Shown here piece after piece: positions 34,321 to 46,124 of a stretch of DNA of 64,000 bases (the stretch's first letter is position 1; the number at the start of each line of letters is the position of its first letter). Where the stretch lies: assembly GCF_009914755.1 (NCBI RefSeq), contig NC_060947.1. The stretch is one strand, 5' to 3'. The DNA is from the human T2T-CHM13v2.0 reference genome, Homo sapiens. Position numbers and translations under genes: made by a program. The notes beneath the pieces are model-generated. The model saw nothing but the letters and a program-made list of their open reading frames with translations, ran no database searches and had not been told where the DNA came from.

Positions 34321-34521
34321 AGATGGAGTCTCGCTATGTCACCCAGGCTAGAGTGCAGTGGCACAATCTCGGCTGGGAGGCTGAGGCAAGATAATCACTT
34401 GAACCCAGGAGGCGGAGGTTGCAGTGAGCCGAGATCATGCCACTGCACTCCAGCTGCACTCCAGCCTGGGCGACAGAGCGAGACTCCGTCTCAAAAAAAA
34501 AAACAAAAAAAACCCAAAAAA
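34281..34521. mobile_element. Chimeric inverted Alu: antisense 3' end fused to a sense right arm
   Basis: T39 + antisense Alu to 34374, then sense Alu from 34375 to the A-tail. Confidence 0.9.
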
Positions 34522-34700
34522 CCCGGATGTCCAGGCTTCCTTTCTGCACATGCACACAGTAGATTTTTTAAAAATGTTTTTACAAAATTGGAGTTCCACT
34601 AAACATGCTATTCTGACATTTGTTTTCTTTGGCCTAAAATATATAACTTTGAAATCTGTCCAAATCAGTGCATATAGATCTACCTCTTTCTTTTTAACAG

Positions 34701-34803
34701 CTACATAATATTCGCCGTGTGAGTGGCTATCGTAATAGATAACATTTGAATATCTACTAAATGCCAGAAACTATGAATTAACTCCTCTCAACAAAGCTAA
34801 GAG
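34701..34803 (+). other. DRP2: Candidate DRP2 5'UTR exon (103 nt), repeat-derived
   Basis: Strong acceptor cctctttctttttaacag| and donor GAG|gtaggt; lies between the putative promoter and the ATG exon; inferred, no transcript evidence. Confidence 0.5.
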
Positions 34804-36943
34804 GTAGGTCTTTTTGTTATCCCTGTTTCACAGATGTGGGGACTGGAGCACAGTAAGGTTGGGGAGCTTGTCCATATATGTGCCGATAAGTGGCCAAGGT
34901 GCAAGCCAGAGCATCCTGGTTCAGAGCCTATGTCCCAGACAATAATGCTGTGATATGTCTCAGACATAGTCTACTCACCAGTCCCCCGCTGGTGGACATT
35001 TGAGTGAATGCAGATTTTTGCTATTGCAAACAATACTGCAGCAAACATCTTTGTCCACTTCTGGAGGTCTTTTTGTAACATAGGCTCTTAGATTTCTCTG
35101 GTTTCTAGGTGGAAAGAGCTTATTTATTGAAAAAAAAATTTATTGAGCTCTAGGCATTGGGGAGGCTCTGAGCTTAAAATAGGAGACTTGACCAGAATTT
35201 CACTTCTCAGATGTCCTATAAAGGTCACTTAAGTGCTTTTCATGATTTGCCAGCCTGGTGCTGCCCCAGACCTTAGACTCACTGCATCTTATCTGTTTTT
35301 AATTGCTTGTGTCTTTGCCTGGGTAGTGGCATAACTGAGTCAATGCTTGGGCTCGCACCTGGTGGTCTATAGCCAAAAATTGTCTCCATTGTATCCATTG
35401 TATGGATACACTTTCCAGGTATCAGTGATTACAATGCCTCAGAGCCTGGGTTCTAGAATTTACAGAGGCAGAATAGCATAATGATAAATAACTTGTATTC
35501 TGAGACACAACTGCCTGGGTACAAATCCCAGCTCTTCACGATGTATTCACAATATGACTCTGAACAAGTTACTTACCATCTCTGTGCCCCCATTTTCTCA
35601 TCCACACAATGAGGATAGCAATAGTAACTACTTTATAGGGTTGTTGTAAGGATTAAATGAGTTAATGTATGTAGACTGCTTAGTTAATATATATAAAACA
35701 CAGAATACAGTTATTATTTATTTGACTATGGAAAAGCTGGCACACCAATCTTTCCATAAAATAGTTGTTGACCTCCTTGTATTTTGGTGGGGAGCGGAGA
35801 GGGGGCGAAGAATTAGCTGTTATTAAATAGGCAATGTGTTCACATGGGTCAAAATTCAAAAAGTACAAAATGATATTTAGTAAAAAATTTTATCTCCTAT
35901 TGGCAACATGGGGCTTATGTGGTGTGGGGAATAATTCTGTTTCTCAACCTGAGAAGTGATTATATGAATTTACTTTATAATAATTTAATATACTTTACAT
36001 ATATGCTTTATGTACTTTTATAGGTATATTTCTCATTTTGAAAAGGGCAGAAATAGTAGAAATCCCAAAGACATGGGGAGAATTTTTACTGCTCAGTTCC
36101 CTTCTCCAATGGTAACAGGCTCTTTTGTATACTTCCAAAGATATTTTTTTGCATCTATAAGCACATATTTTTAGTATACAAATGTAGACTAACCACCACC
36201 TTGATTTTTCTCTTGTTTTCTTTTTACTTAAGGTATATCATAAGAGATCATTTTGTATTGGCATATAAAGAGTTCTTAATTATTTTTTAAGTAGCTGTAT
36301 AGAATTCCATTGTATGGATACACCATTATTTAATTAGTCCCCTAGTGATAGACGTTTAAGTTTTTGCAATTTTTTTTGCCATTTCAAGCCTTGTTTCAAA
36401 TGCTGACATTGTACTTATTATTGTACTTGTTTCAAATGCTAACATTGTACATTATTCCACACAAATTTAAGTAGCATATGTTCCTATACATCTCCAGTTT
36501 ATGGGTGCCTAGCACTGTGTTAAAAATATGTGGGATATAAATAAATATCAGGTGTGGGTTTTGTCCCCCATGAGCCAACAATCTTGCTTTCATGCTGAAA
36601 TCCTAATATCTCCCCTGTGTTTTTAAAGCTTTTTATCTCTGCTCAAGAGAAACAATGCCTTCCCACTGAATCCTCCTCAAACAGCCTGTGTATGGCTTTT
36701 AGAACCAGGAAGAGTATTTGTAGTAGCAAAAAGCCACAGTTTGGTATCCAGCAGGGTCCCTAGGGGAGGGCAGGGAAGGCTTATTGCCACCCAAAAAGCA
36801 TCCTCCACACCTGCATATGTCAAAATCTTCTCTTTCACCTTAGCTCGAAAGCTTCTTTTCCATAAATACATCCCAAATCCCTCCAACTAGAAGTGAACAC
36901 TTCCTCCTCTGTGACCTCTTATAGCATAATTTCTGTGTCTTGC

Positions 36944-37325
36944 TGTCTCAGTCCATTTTCTGTTGCTTATAACAGAATACCTGAAACTGAGTAATTTATA
37001 AGAAAAGGAATTTATTTCTTACAGTTATGGAAGCTGAGAAGTCCAAGTTTGAGGGGCTGCATCTGGTGAGAGTCTTCTTGCTGTCATAAACTCTCTGAAG
37101 CATCCCAAGATGGCACGGAGTATCACATGGCTAGAGGGCTTAGTGTGCTAGTTCAGATATCTCTTCCTCTTTTTATAAAGCCATGAATTCTCCTCCCGTG
37201 ATAACTTATTAATTCATTAATCCATGAGTGGATTAATCCATTCATGAGGGCAAAGCCCTCATCACCTCTTAAAGGCTCCAGCTCTCAATACTGTCACATT
37301 GGGGACAGATATTCAAACCACAGCA
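36944..37325. mobile_element. MaLR (MST-type) solo LTR
   Basis: tgtctcagtccatttt...ataacagaatacctgaaactg...attcaaaccacagca with TG...CA termini. Confidence 0.8.
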
Positions 37326-38727
37326 CCCACGTATGGTATGAATAATTTTCCCCGCTAAAATTATCCTTTTTTTTGTTTGTTTATATGTCTTGTTTCCTAC
37401 ATTTGACCAGTTGGGGACCAAGTCTGATTCATCTTCAATCTCTCATAGCCTTTGCAAATTAAAAAGAGGAATAGGAAAAAAATCAGTATGTGCAGATGGT
37501 GATTTGAGATAGGATGGAGCTAGATAGAGGCAGAAGAATCTTTGTGTATAACAAAGAGTACTCGCCCAGGAATCAGGAGGCCCTGGTTCACTTGTGTCTC
37601 AGCATCTTCATCTGTAAAGTGGGATCTTAATTCTGACTGGGACAACTTTACTAGGTTGTACTGAGGATCATGAAAGACAGCACAGCAGACTACAAAGGCA
37701 TGCTATATGAATACAGAGAATGATAGTGTTTGGTGCTTAGCAACCCTTAAACATTAACACTTGATACATTAGCAAACTAAGGCCTAGAGAGGCAATATGA
37801 CTTGAGGTCACAGTCAGGGGCAAAGTCTAAAAAGAGCAGAGGATAGTCATTTTAGGACCAGAAGAAATCTATTCCTTTTCTGCCTGTGTTAGGATTAGAA
37901 GGTCTGAATTCTCTGACTCCTTGGTTTATCTTAGTTTTGTTTTGTGAAGCCTTAACCTAGCATCAGGTCAGTAGAGGAATAAGAAAGAATCTTATAATCT
38001 GGAGAGAAATGAATCTCAAAAGAGAAGAAAAGAGATAGTTGATGAAAGAAGAGATACAAACGACCACTAAAAGTGTGGAGGAAAAGCTAAATATCTTTAG
38101 CAATTAAGGAAACGCAAAGTAATCCTCAAAATGCCATTTTCACTTACAAAGTTGGCAAATAAAGTAAGAATACATACTGTGGACAAGTGTGCTGGGAAAC
38201 TGGCACTCTCATACATTGCTAGTAGTAGTGTAAAATGATATAACTTTTTCTAGGGCAATTTAGACATATGTATCATAAACGCTTTGATCCAGGAATTCTC
38301 CCTTATAGGCAATTATCCTATGGAAAGAATCACAAATATGCACAAGGTTGTTCACTGCACTTTGATTTATAAAAAAGAAGAACTATAAACATATGTCTAA
38401 TTGTTAAACTATGGTGTATCCATTCAGTGGGATACTATACAATGACGATAGCTAACACTTATTGAGTTGTGTATTGTTGCCAGACACTGTGCTAAGTTAT
38501 TTAAATTATTAACTTTAATCATTAGAATAATTCTGTGAGGATGCTATCATTATTTATCCCCATTTTGCAGATGAGGACACTGAGGCTCAGAGAGGTTAAC
38601 TTGTCCTGGACCACACTGCTAATAGGTTGAATAGTGTGGATTTGACTCTAGGTCTGTCTGATGCCAGTGCCCATGGCCTCAGTCACAGTGCTGTACTTCC
38701 TATGCAGCTGTTAAAAATCATGTTTTA

Positions 38728-39017
38728 GGCTGGGCGTGGTGGCTCACACCTGTAATATAAACACTTTGCGAGGCTGAGGCAGGCTGATCACTTGAGCTCA
38801 GGAGTTTGAGACCAGCCTGGCAACATGACAAAACCCCGTCTCTACCAAAAATACAAAAAATTATCCAGGCATTGTGGTGCACACCTGTAGTCCCAGCTAC
38901 CTGGGGGTACTGAGGCAGGAAGATCTCTTGAGCCTGGGAGGTTGCAGTGAGCCAAGATCACGCCAGTGCACTCCAGCCTGGGTGACAAAGTGAGAGACCC
39001 TGTCTCAAAAAAAAAAA
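38728..39017 (+). mobile_element. Alu
   Basis: TSD aaaaatcatgtttta. Confidence 0.93.
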
Positions 39018-40330
39018 TCATGTTTTAAGGGAATAGTTAATGACATTCTAAAATGACCATGATATAATGGCAAGTGAAAAAAGCAGGCTACGAAATGATA
39101 GCATGTGATGGCGATTTTATTTTAAAAGTGTATGTATATATTTTTCAGAGAAAAACTAAAGTTCATAGCTGTTAGTAATGATTATCTCTGGGTGGTAATA
39201 TTACAGATTATTTTTATTTTCATCCTTATTATTTTTTGTATTTCCCAGTTTTTCTATCAAGAACATGTATTACTTCTATAATCAGCAAAAATAAAAATGT
39301 TAACATAAAAAGAGGTCTGAAAGCAAGCCTCTTGTAGCCTTTATGCTTATAACACATCCATAGCAGTACTTCATTTTTTAATCTAAGTGACTAATGCTTT
39401 TGTGGTGTCTGATCACAGAGGAGCCATATTTTCAGTCATTCTTTGGGGATGAGTAGCTACATAGCTGTATAATCTATAGGGACTTTGACTACAACAAAGT
39501 ACCCTTTAGACCACAACCTCTTGTGCCCTTGTGATTTGTAATAATCTCCATTCTTTGGACTATGGTCTCCTGAGGAGGAGGGGTGGGTACTTAATGCAAG
39601 GAGTCCACATATCTTTAAATGCATAAATGTTTTTCTCACTCGGTAAGTTCTAAAAGTACAGCTACTATTGTGGGTGAGAGTGGGTGAAGTGAGATTTTTT
39701 TTTTTTAGTCTTAAGAAGGGCCTCTTATATCTAAAACATTGTGAACCACTGGAATAGAGTCTAAAAATGGTGGTTATTTAATTATCTGCATCATGAATAA
39801 AAGATGCTCAGTTCCGGCCCTTTGAATCAGGGTTTGTGTGTCTTTGCCCCACACTAAAAGAGATCACCTTATTATTTGCAAGCATCATCTTTGCCACCCA
39901 TTCTCATCACATTTGTTTACATTCTCTAAACCATCAATTGGTTTGTACATCTAAACTTTGTCCCCATATTTCTCCTTTACTAAGCTTAGCTCTTTACATC
40001 TAAAGCTGAATATGTCTCAAGCATAGCTTATTATGCAACACTGCCCCTATTCCCTACACAGCAAATTTACTCTTTCTCCTGTCTTCCTTCTCTTGCTGTT
40101 GGCAACATTATCCACTCAGCTCCCAAATTAGAAACCTTTGACTCCTTCTCCTCCCTTACTGTTCACATCCAATTGATCATCAAGCCCAGTGTATTTTACC
40201 TCTCCAATGTACCTCAGAGTCATGCTGTCTGCTTCATCCTCACGGCAACTGCCTGCCTATTCTAACAGCTTCTCAACAGGTTCTTCCTTTTGGAGAATCA
40301 CTCTATAAGGAAGGCAGGGGGCTCTTTCTA

Positions 40331-40665
<335 letters not shown>

Positions 40666-41748
40666 TCATTATGTCACTCCCTGCTTAAAATCTTCAGTGC
40701 CTCCCCATTGTCTACAAGATAAAGCCTACAATCCTCTGCTTGTCATTCAAGGCATGGCCCAACGTGGCCACAGCCTCACCTCCTGCTACACACAACAAGG
40801 CACCTACCTTGTACTCTGGTCACACGGAACACACCATATATTTAATTTTCATGTTTGTATTTTTTTTAACCTTCACTGCCTAATGACAAATCTGTTTCTC
40901 TTTCATGACTCACCTCAAGCACATTTCCTCTAGGGAGACTTTTCTTGACATGACCAGATAGAACTCACGATTCCCTCATCTGTCTCTTCACTTCATCCCA
41001 TAAACACTTCCATTATGACCTCAAATAACACTTTATGGCCATTATTTTCTCCACATTTGTTCTCTCTGTATGTGATACTCCTCAGGGGAAGCCCCCATGT
41101 CTTTTTCATCTCTGTGCCTCTTAAACTCTAACCATACCGATCCCATTGTCCTCTGAACATGCTAGGCCTTTTTATGATATCCACCTTTGCACAGGTGGAT
41201 CTGTCTGCTGGGAATGCCATTCTCCCTTTCTCCTCTGCACAAGCAAATATCTACTTATCTTTTGAGACTCATCTCAAGTGTGCTCTTTCTGAAATACGTG
41301 CATATTCTCAGAGTTAGCTGTTCCCCACTCTGTGCTCCCTTAGCCTTTTGGTAAACTCTTGATTTTAGCATTTGCTATGTAAGCATTTTATTATAATTAT
41401 CAGCATACATGACTGCCTCCCCTACCCATCTTGCCCACCTCCACCCTTAGGCTTTGAGATCTCAGCAGTTATCTTTATGTCTCTAGCACAAAGCACTATA
41501 GGTAAACAATAAATGCTTCCTTGGTCAATAATTAAATAAAGTATTTTATGGTACATGGTGGCCTGGGTAGGTCAGTAAGTTTTGAATACTTATTTGTATA
41601 TCTGGTCAAGGCACCTCTGGGTAGATGCTTGATTCATAGGCTTTTCTAGGTCTTGACTCGAAATCTCTCTGTATTGCTTTTCCAGGTGCTTAATGATCAA
41701 TAGTTGGTGCACTGCCTATCCTCATCCCCCCCATGAGCCTTGGTTTTT

Positions 41749-41865
41749 ATGCAACCTATGGTCATGCAGGGATGCCCTTACACCCTCCCACGATGTCATG
41801 ACTGGCAGGCAGCTGACCAGTTCCATCATAGCAGCAGCCTCCGAAGCACCTGCCCCCACCCTCAG
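41749..41865 (+). CDS. DRP2: DRP2 coding exon 1 (aa 1-39, MQPMVMQGCPYTLPRCHDWQAADQFHHSSSLRSTCPHPQ); exon starts at 41686 with 5'UTR
   Basis: Manual translation matches the recalled DRP2 N-terminus; acceptor ttttccag at 41685, donor CAG|gtaaga at 41866; joins the next exon in phase 0. Confidence 0.93.
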
Positions 41866-44800
41866 GTAAGAGTCTGATAGTGAAAGAAAGACCTGTGGAG
41901 AAAGTGGACACAGGATCTGTGTGTCCTTGGGGTACCCACGCTTCCTAAGGCTCAGGGGCACTCTCTGTATACATGCAACCCCTTGGATAGCATGGGGAAT
42001 ATATTGGGCCCATCCTTTATTACTCATTATGTCTTTTATTGGGGGGCATAAGGAAAGGAAGGGTGTTGGGCTGGGCAGCTCAGAGGGCCCACTGCAGCTG
42101 AGCGGGGCTGGTTCCATGTTAACCTTCTAAGAGTTACAGGTCCAGGAATGTCCTAGAAGAGTATGATCCTTCAGGGCATGGTCTAGGACTAGGCAGGTCC
42201 TTCCTTTGGCTTGGCTTCTCTGTGGCATGCCTTCCATTTTCCACAGGTGTCTCTCTCCTGCCATCGGCTTTTCCTCTCAAGTTCCTAGCCTTTTTCATAG
42301 CTCCTGGCTCATCCCCACTTAGAATTCCATGAGCTCCATATCTGCCTGTCCTCTCTGCTCCTGTAGTAGTGCGATGGTGGTGGTGTATGTGTCCGCCTGT
42401 GTATGTTGGTAGGCAGGTAGAGGATGTGTGTGAGACAGTAGAGAGGGCAGCCCCCTTTCCCGACAATGAGGGAGGTCTAGGGAAAGTTGACTGGAGAAGG
42501 GAGACGCATAAGCATACTTTGGTTGCCCTACAATGCTTTGGGGTCCAGAGACTATGGGGGTGTGAGAAAGTGCTATGTCTCCTGGAGCCTCACAGATGGG
42601 CTGCAGTGCTGAGTCACTGCTGGGAGGCAGGCAGCGGCCGAATATACAGGAAGGAGGAAGGGAGGAAGAAAGGAAGTGGGGATGGAGAATGTGGATGCTG
42701 GGGAGCCTGTTTTGGGGGCAGTAATGAAGGAAAGTCAAGGTCCAGAGAGACATTAGAGTCAGGTCCCCCTGAGCTATTTTCCCCACATCCAGCTAGAAAG
42801 AAATTACTGCCTCGAACATATTCTCAAAGCGAGAGTCAACATAGACTCCCCCATTAACCTACCCCTTCCCCGGAGTGGGACTTTCACAGGGTCGAGGGAT
42901 TAAGAAAACTGAGCCCTTCCAAAGGCTTACCCTGTTCATTGTCTACCCCCTCCAAACACCACCATGTAGGCAGGGAAACCTGAGGGCTTCATTTCGTGAT
43001 TGCCAATAGCATGGGCAACTTCTCTCTTCTGCCACGATCCAGTTTCTCTTCCTTTCCTGCAACCTTTTTCTCAAAGATTCAGGGGATGGATAGAGAGCCT
43101 TGAGGGGAGTGGGGTGCAAGAAGCAAATATCCTGGCTACAAAAGCCAGAAGTAGAAGGTAATTGATAGGGAAGGAGAAAGAAATGTGCCTATTGTGTGCC
43201 TGGCTCTGCTAGGTGTGACTTGAGAGTATACCGGGAAGTAGGAGAGGGAGAGCAGGGTGATGGAGAATAGTATGGCAGCTGGGTGGGGATTTGGGAAACC
43301 AAGAAGTCTGCAGGGAATGCAAAGCTAACATGGGTAGAGCCCAGCTCATCGTGGGTGCTCCCCTCAGAGCCAGGACAGCTTGGTTGTGGCTGGGTCACAA
43401 GGGGCTTTTTCTAACTCTGGACATTCCCAGTGCAGAGGACCCAGCATGAGTGAAGATATGGCCCAGAGCTAGAACGACTCCCTGCTCTTGGCCTGCCATC
43501 CCCTGCCATCCCCCAGCCACCCTGGGTGGCTCCACCCCAGAACCCCAGAAAGAGTCAGGCAGCTGTTCCAACTATTCCTGTAGGTGGACCTCAGCATGGA
43601 AACAATGTGGAACTGTTGGAAAGCCCAGAAGACTCTGTGGGAGATAAATAAGGATGGGAACAGAACCCTTTTTGGTAAAAACGATGTGTTTTCCCTCAGT
43701 GCTGAGGGATGGGGGACCAGCTTGGGAATGTTAACCTTTCCCCAGACAAGTCTGCTGGAAAAGGAGAAGAGTGGCCACTTCCAGGAGGGGCCCTACCCCT
43801 CAGGCCAGTGGCTTACAGGAAAGGGCCTTCCCCTGCCCCCACCCAGGGTAGCACAGGCAGGACACAGGAGCCTCCCTGGCAATGGCTGCCTACATGGAAC
43901 TGCTGGGTCCCAGTGACCCCTTTCCCTCCCCTGTGAAAATTCAACGGGATGCCCACTAACTATCCATTTCCCTTTGGCCTCAGGGTACAGCGAGAGGTCT
44001 GAGGGCTATGGCTCTCCCTCCACTCCTCTCTGCCTCTCAAAGGCAGGGCAGAGCACCCCTCCATTTTCACAGTAGACTCTGACGAATCTCCTGGCCTCTG
44101 CACTCACCCAAGGATAATCACATTTAGAGGGATTCTGCTGCGCCTGCTTGCCGATGCTGCCATCCCATGGCTCTGTCCCCAGATGTGCCACAAACCTTCC
44201 TCACTGTCTCTGAGGAGGCTTACTTAGTTGAAGACAAGGCTTATTTTCCAAGCCCATCCTCTTATGTCTTAGGGAAATTGCTTACCAGAAGCTTGTCACC
44301 AAAGTGGTCTGATCTTATCCTCCACCTCAGGGGAGGGGTGGGCCTAGAGGCAGAGTGAGCCCTTTGTGTCTTCCATGGAAAGGGAAAATAAATCAACAGA
44401 AGCTGCCCTCTGCATGCCCCTCCTCAGCACCATGGAATGCCCAGTCCCACTCCCGCCATCCTTGCCAGCCTGAGAGGGCCATCCTGGCCCTGGTGTGGCA
44501 GGCCCAGTTGGGAGTGAACCGGAATTCTCCAGAGACAAAGCTCTGATTCACCAGCCAGGCCCTGACATAGCCGCCCCCTCCAGATTCCTGGGGGGTCAGT
44601 AAACAAACAGGGTGACCCCTGCCTCCTGGCCTGGCTCAGCCCCTCCTGCCTCCCTGAGAGGGCTTGCTCAGAGCCTGTCAGGATTCTGCCTGTTTGTGGC
44701 TCACCAGACACTAGGTCTGGATTCCTGGTGAGGGATGATCATGGAGCTGCCGGATCCTGCTATGGACTCCCCAGGCAGCACAGGTAGGATCAGCTCCTGG

Positions 44801-45960
44801 GGCTGCAGGCTGGCTGAGTGCTGAGCTTTTCCCATAGCTTGACTGCTTCCTCACTTCCCTTTCTCGGTGTGGCTGTGAGCTATGGTTTTAATGGGATGAT
44901 TGGTTTCCTAAATTGCCTGGAGAGTCTTGTGTGGGGAAGAAGTATGGTTGGGGGCAAGGGGAGACTACAAGAGTCTTGGCCACTGACTAGCAGGGCCATT
45001 TTCTTTGCAAATGAAGGCAAGCATGTAGACAAGCAGGTAGGCAGGTGTGGGTCTCCCTAGTCTGGGGTAGAGCAGCCCAGGCTGATTTCCTCCTCCAATT
45101 CCCCTTCCCTCTGCCTGCTCCTGCCCCCTGGCTGGGCAGTTCTGACACTGTTCTATAGGTAGCTACCTTCCTTAGGGCTATCCGGGATAACCACCATTCC
45201 CCCAAACCCCACAATTACCCCCATAGGGCCTTACCAGTGCCCAGGAGAGCAAGCAATAGACTGTGTGCCTGAGGGCTCAAGACTAGACTTTGGCAGGCTC
45301 CATGGCTTGTCCTCTTGGCCATCAACTCTGGTCAGAGTCCTCTGCTCATCTTTATGAGCAGTTCTCTTGAAGACTGTGTCCAGGCTTCCTGACTGTGGTG
45401 GACACATCAAAGCCAAGTTTCATATGGGAAGTAAGACGTGGACCACTGATAGTTCTCTCTTGCCAGTCTACTCCCTCTATAAATCTTTATGGAGAAACTC
45501 CTCAGCTTGCTTTTCTAGAAGGTTGGGTAAACTGTAGGACCCTGAAGTATGAGCCAACAGCTTACCTGCAATGGTATGGTTGCCCATAATTTGGGCAATT
45601 CTGTGCAGCTTCTTACCTAATGCAGGTACTTCCAAGACCCCATCTGGGCAGTGGTCCTGAGGAGTGGGGGCCCAGCTTGGGAATGTTAACCTTTCCCTAG
45701 GTCCAAAATTTATAATCATGAGTAACAATAATAGTAGGCAGCAGTTCTATGTAACTGACCTGTACCAAGAGAAGACTTGGCAATGAACAGGACCACAGGG
45801 TCTTTCTTCATCTCAGTCCCTGAACACACAGAGAATAGCATTTCTGAACCCTGGCAGCAACCCTTCTCTCCCCTTGTTCACACTTGTCTCACCCTTGGCT
45901 TGGTGCAGACCAGGGTGTGGCACAATCCAAGGATCACAGGATGTTTGTGTTTCTGTCCAG

Positions 45961-46124
45961 GTTAGAGCTGCTGTCACCAGCCCTGCACCTCCTCAAGATG
46001 GTGCTGGGGTTCCCTGCCTAAGCCTAAAGCTGTTGAACGGGTCTCTTGGTGCCTCTGGACCCCTGGAACCACCAGCCATGAATCTGTGTTGGAATGAAAT
46101 AAAAAAGAAGTCTCACAACCTCCG
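45961..46124 (+). CDS. DRP2: DRP2 coding exon 2 (aa 40-94, VRAAVTSPAPP...MNLCWNEIKKKSHNLR)
   Basis: ttctgtccag acceptor, CG|gtaaga donor; translation also present in ORF 45874..46128; 164 nt. Confidence 0.95.

Noticed and set aside
35390-35410. TGTATCCAT-tgt-ATGGATACA inverted repeat
   Set aside because: 9-bp stem, within chance expectation; no supporting context
36390-36456. 36-bp imperfect tandem duplication
   Set aside because: Ordinary slippage within an old L1 fragment
42134-42857. Overlapping 110-162 aa ORFs in the DRP2 intron
   Set aside because: No recognisable homology, non-ATG or weak starts, composition of random GC-rich intron sequence
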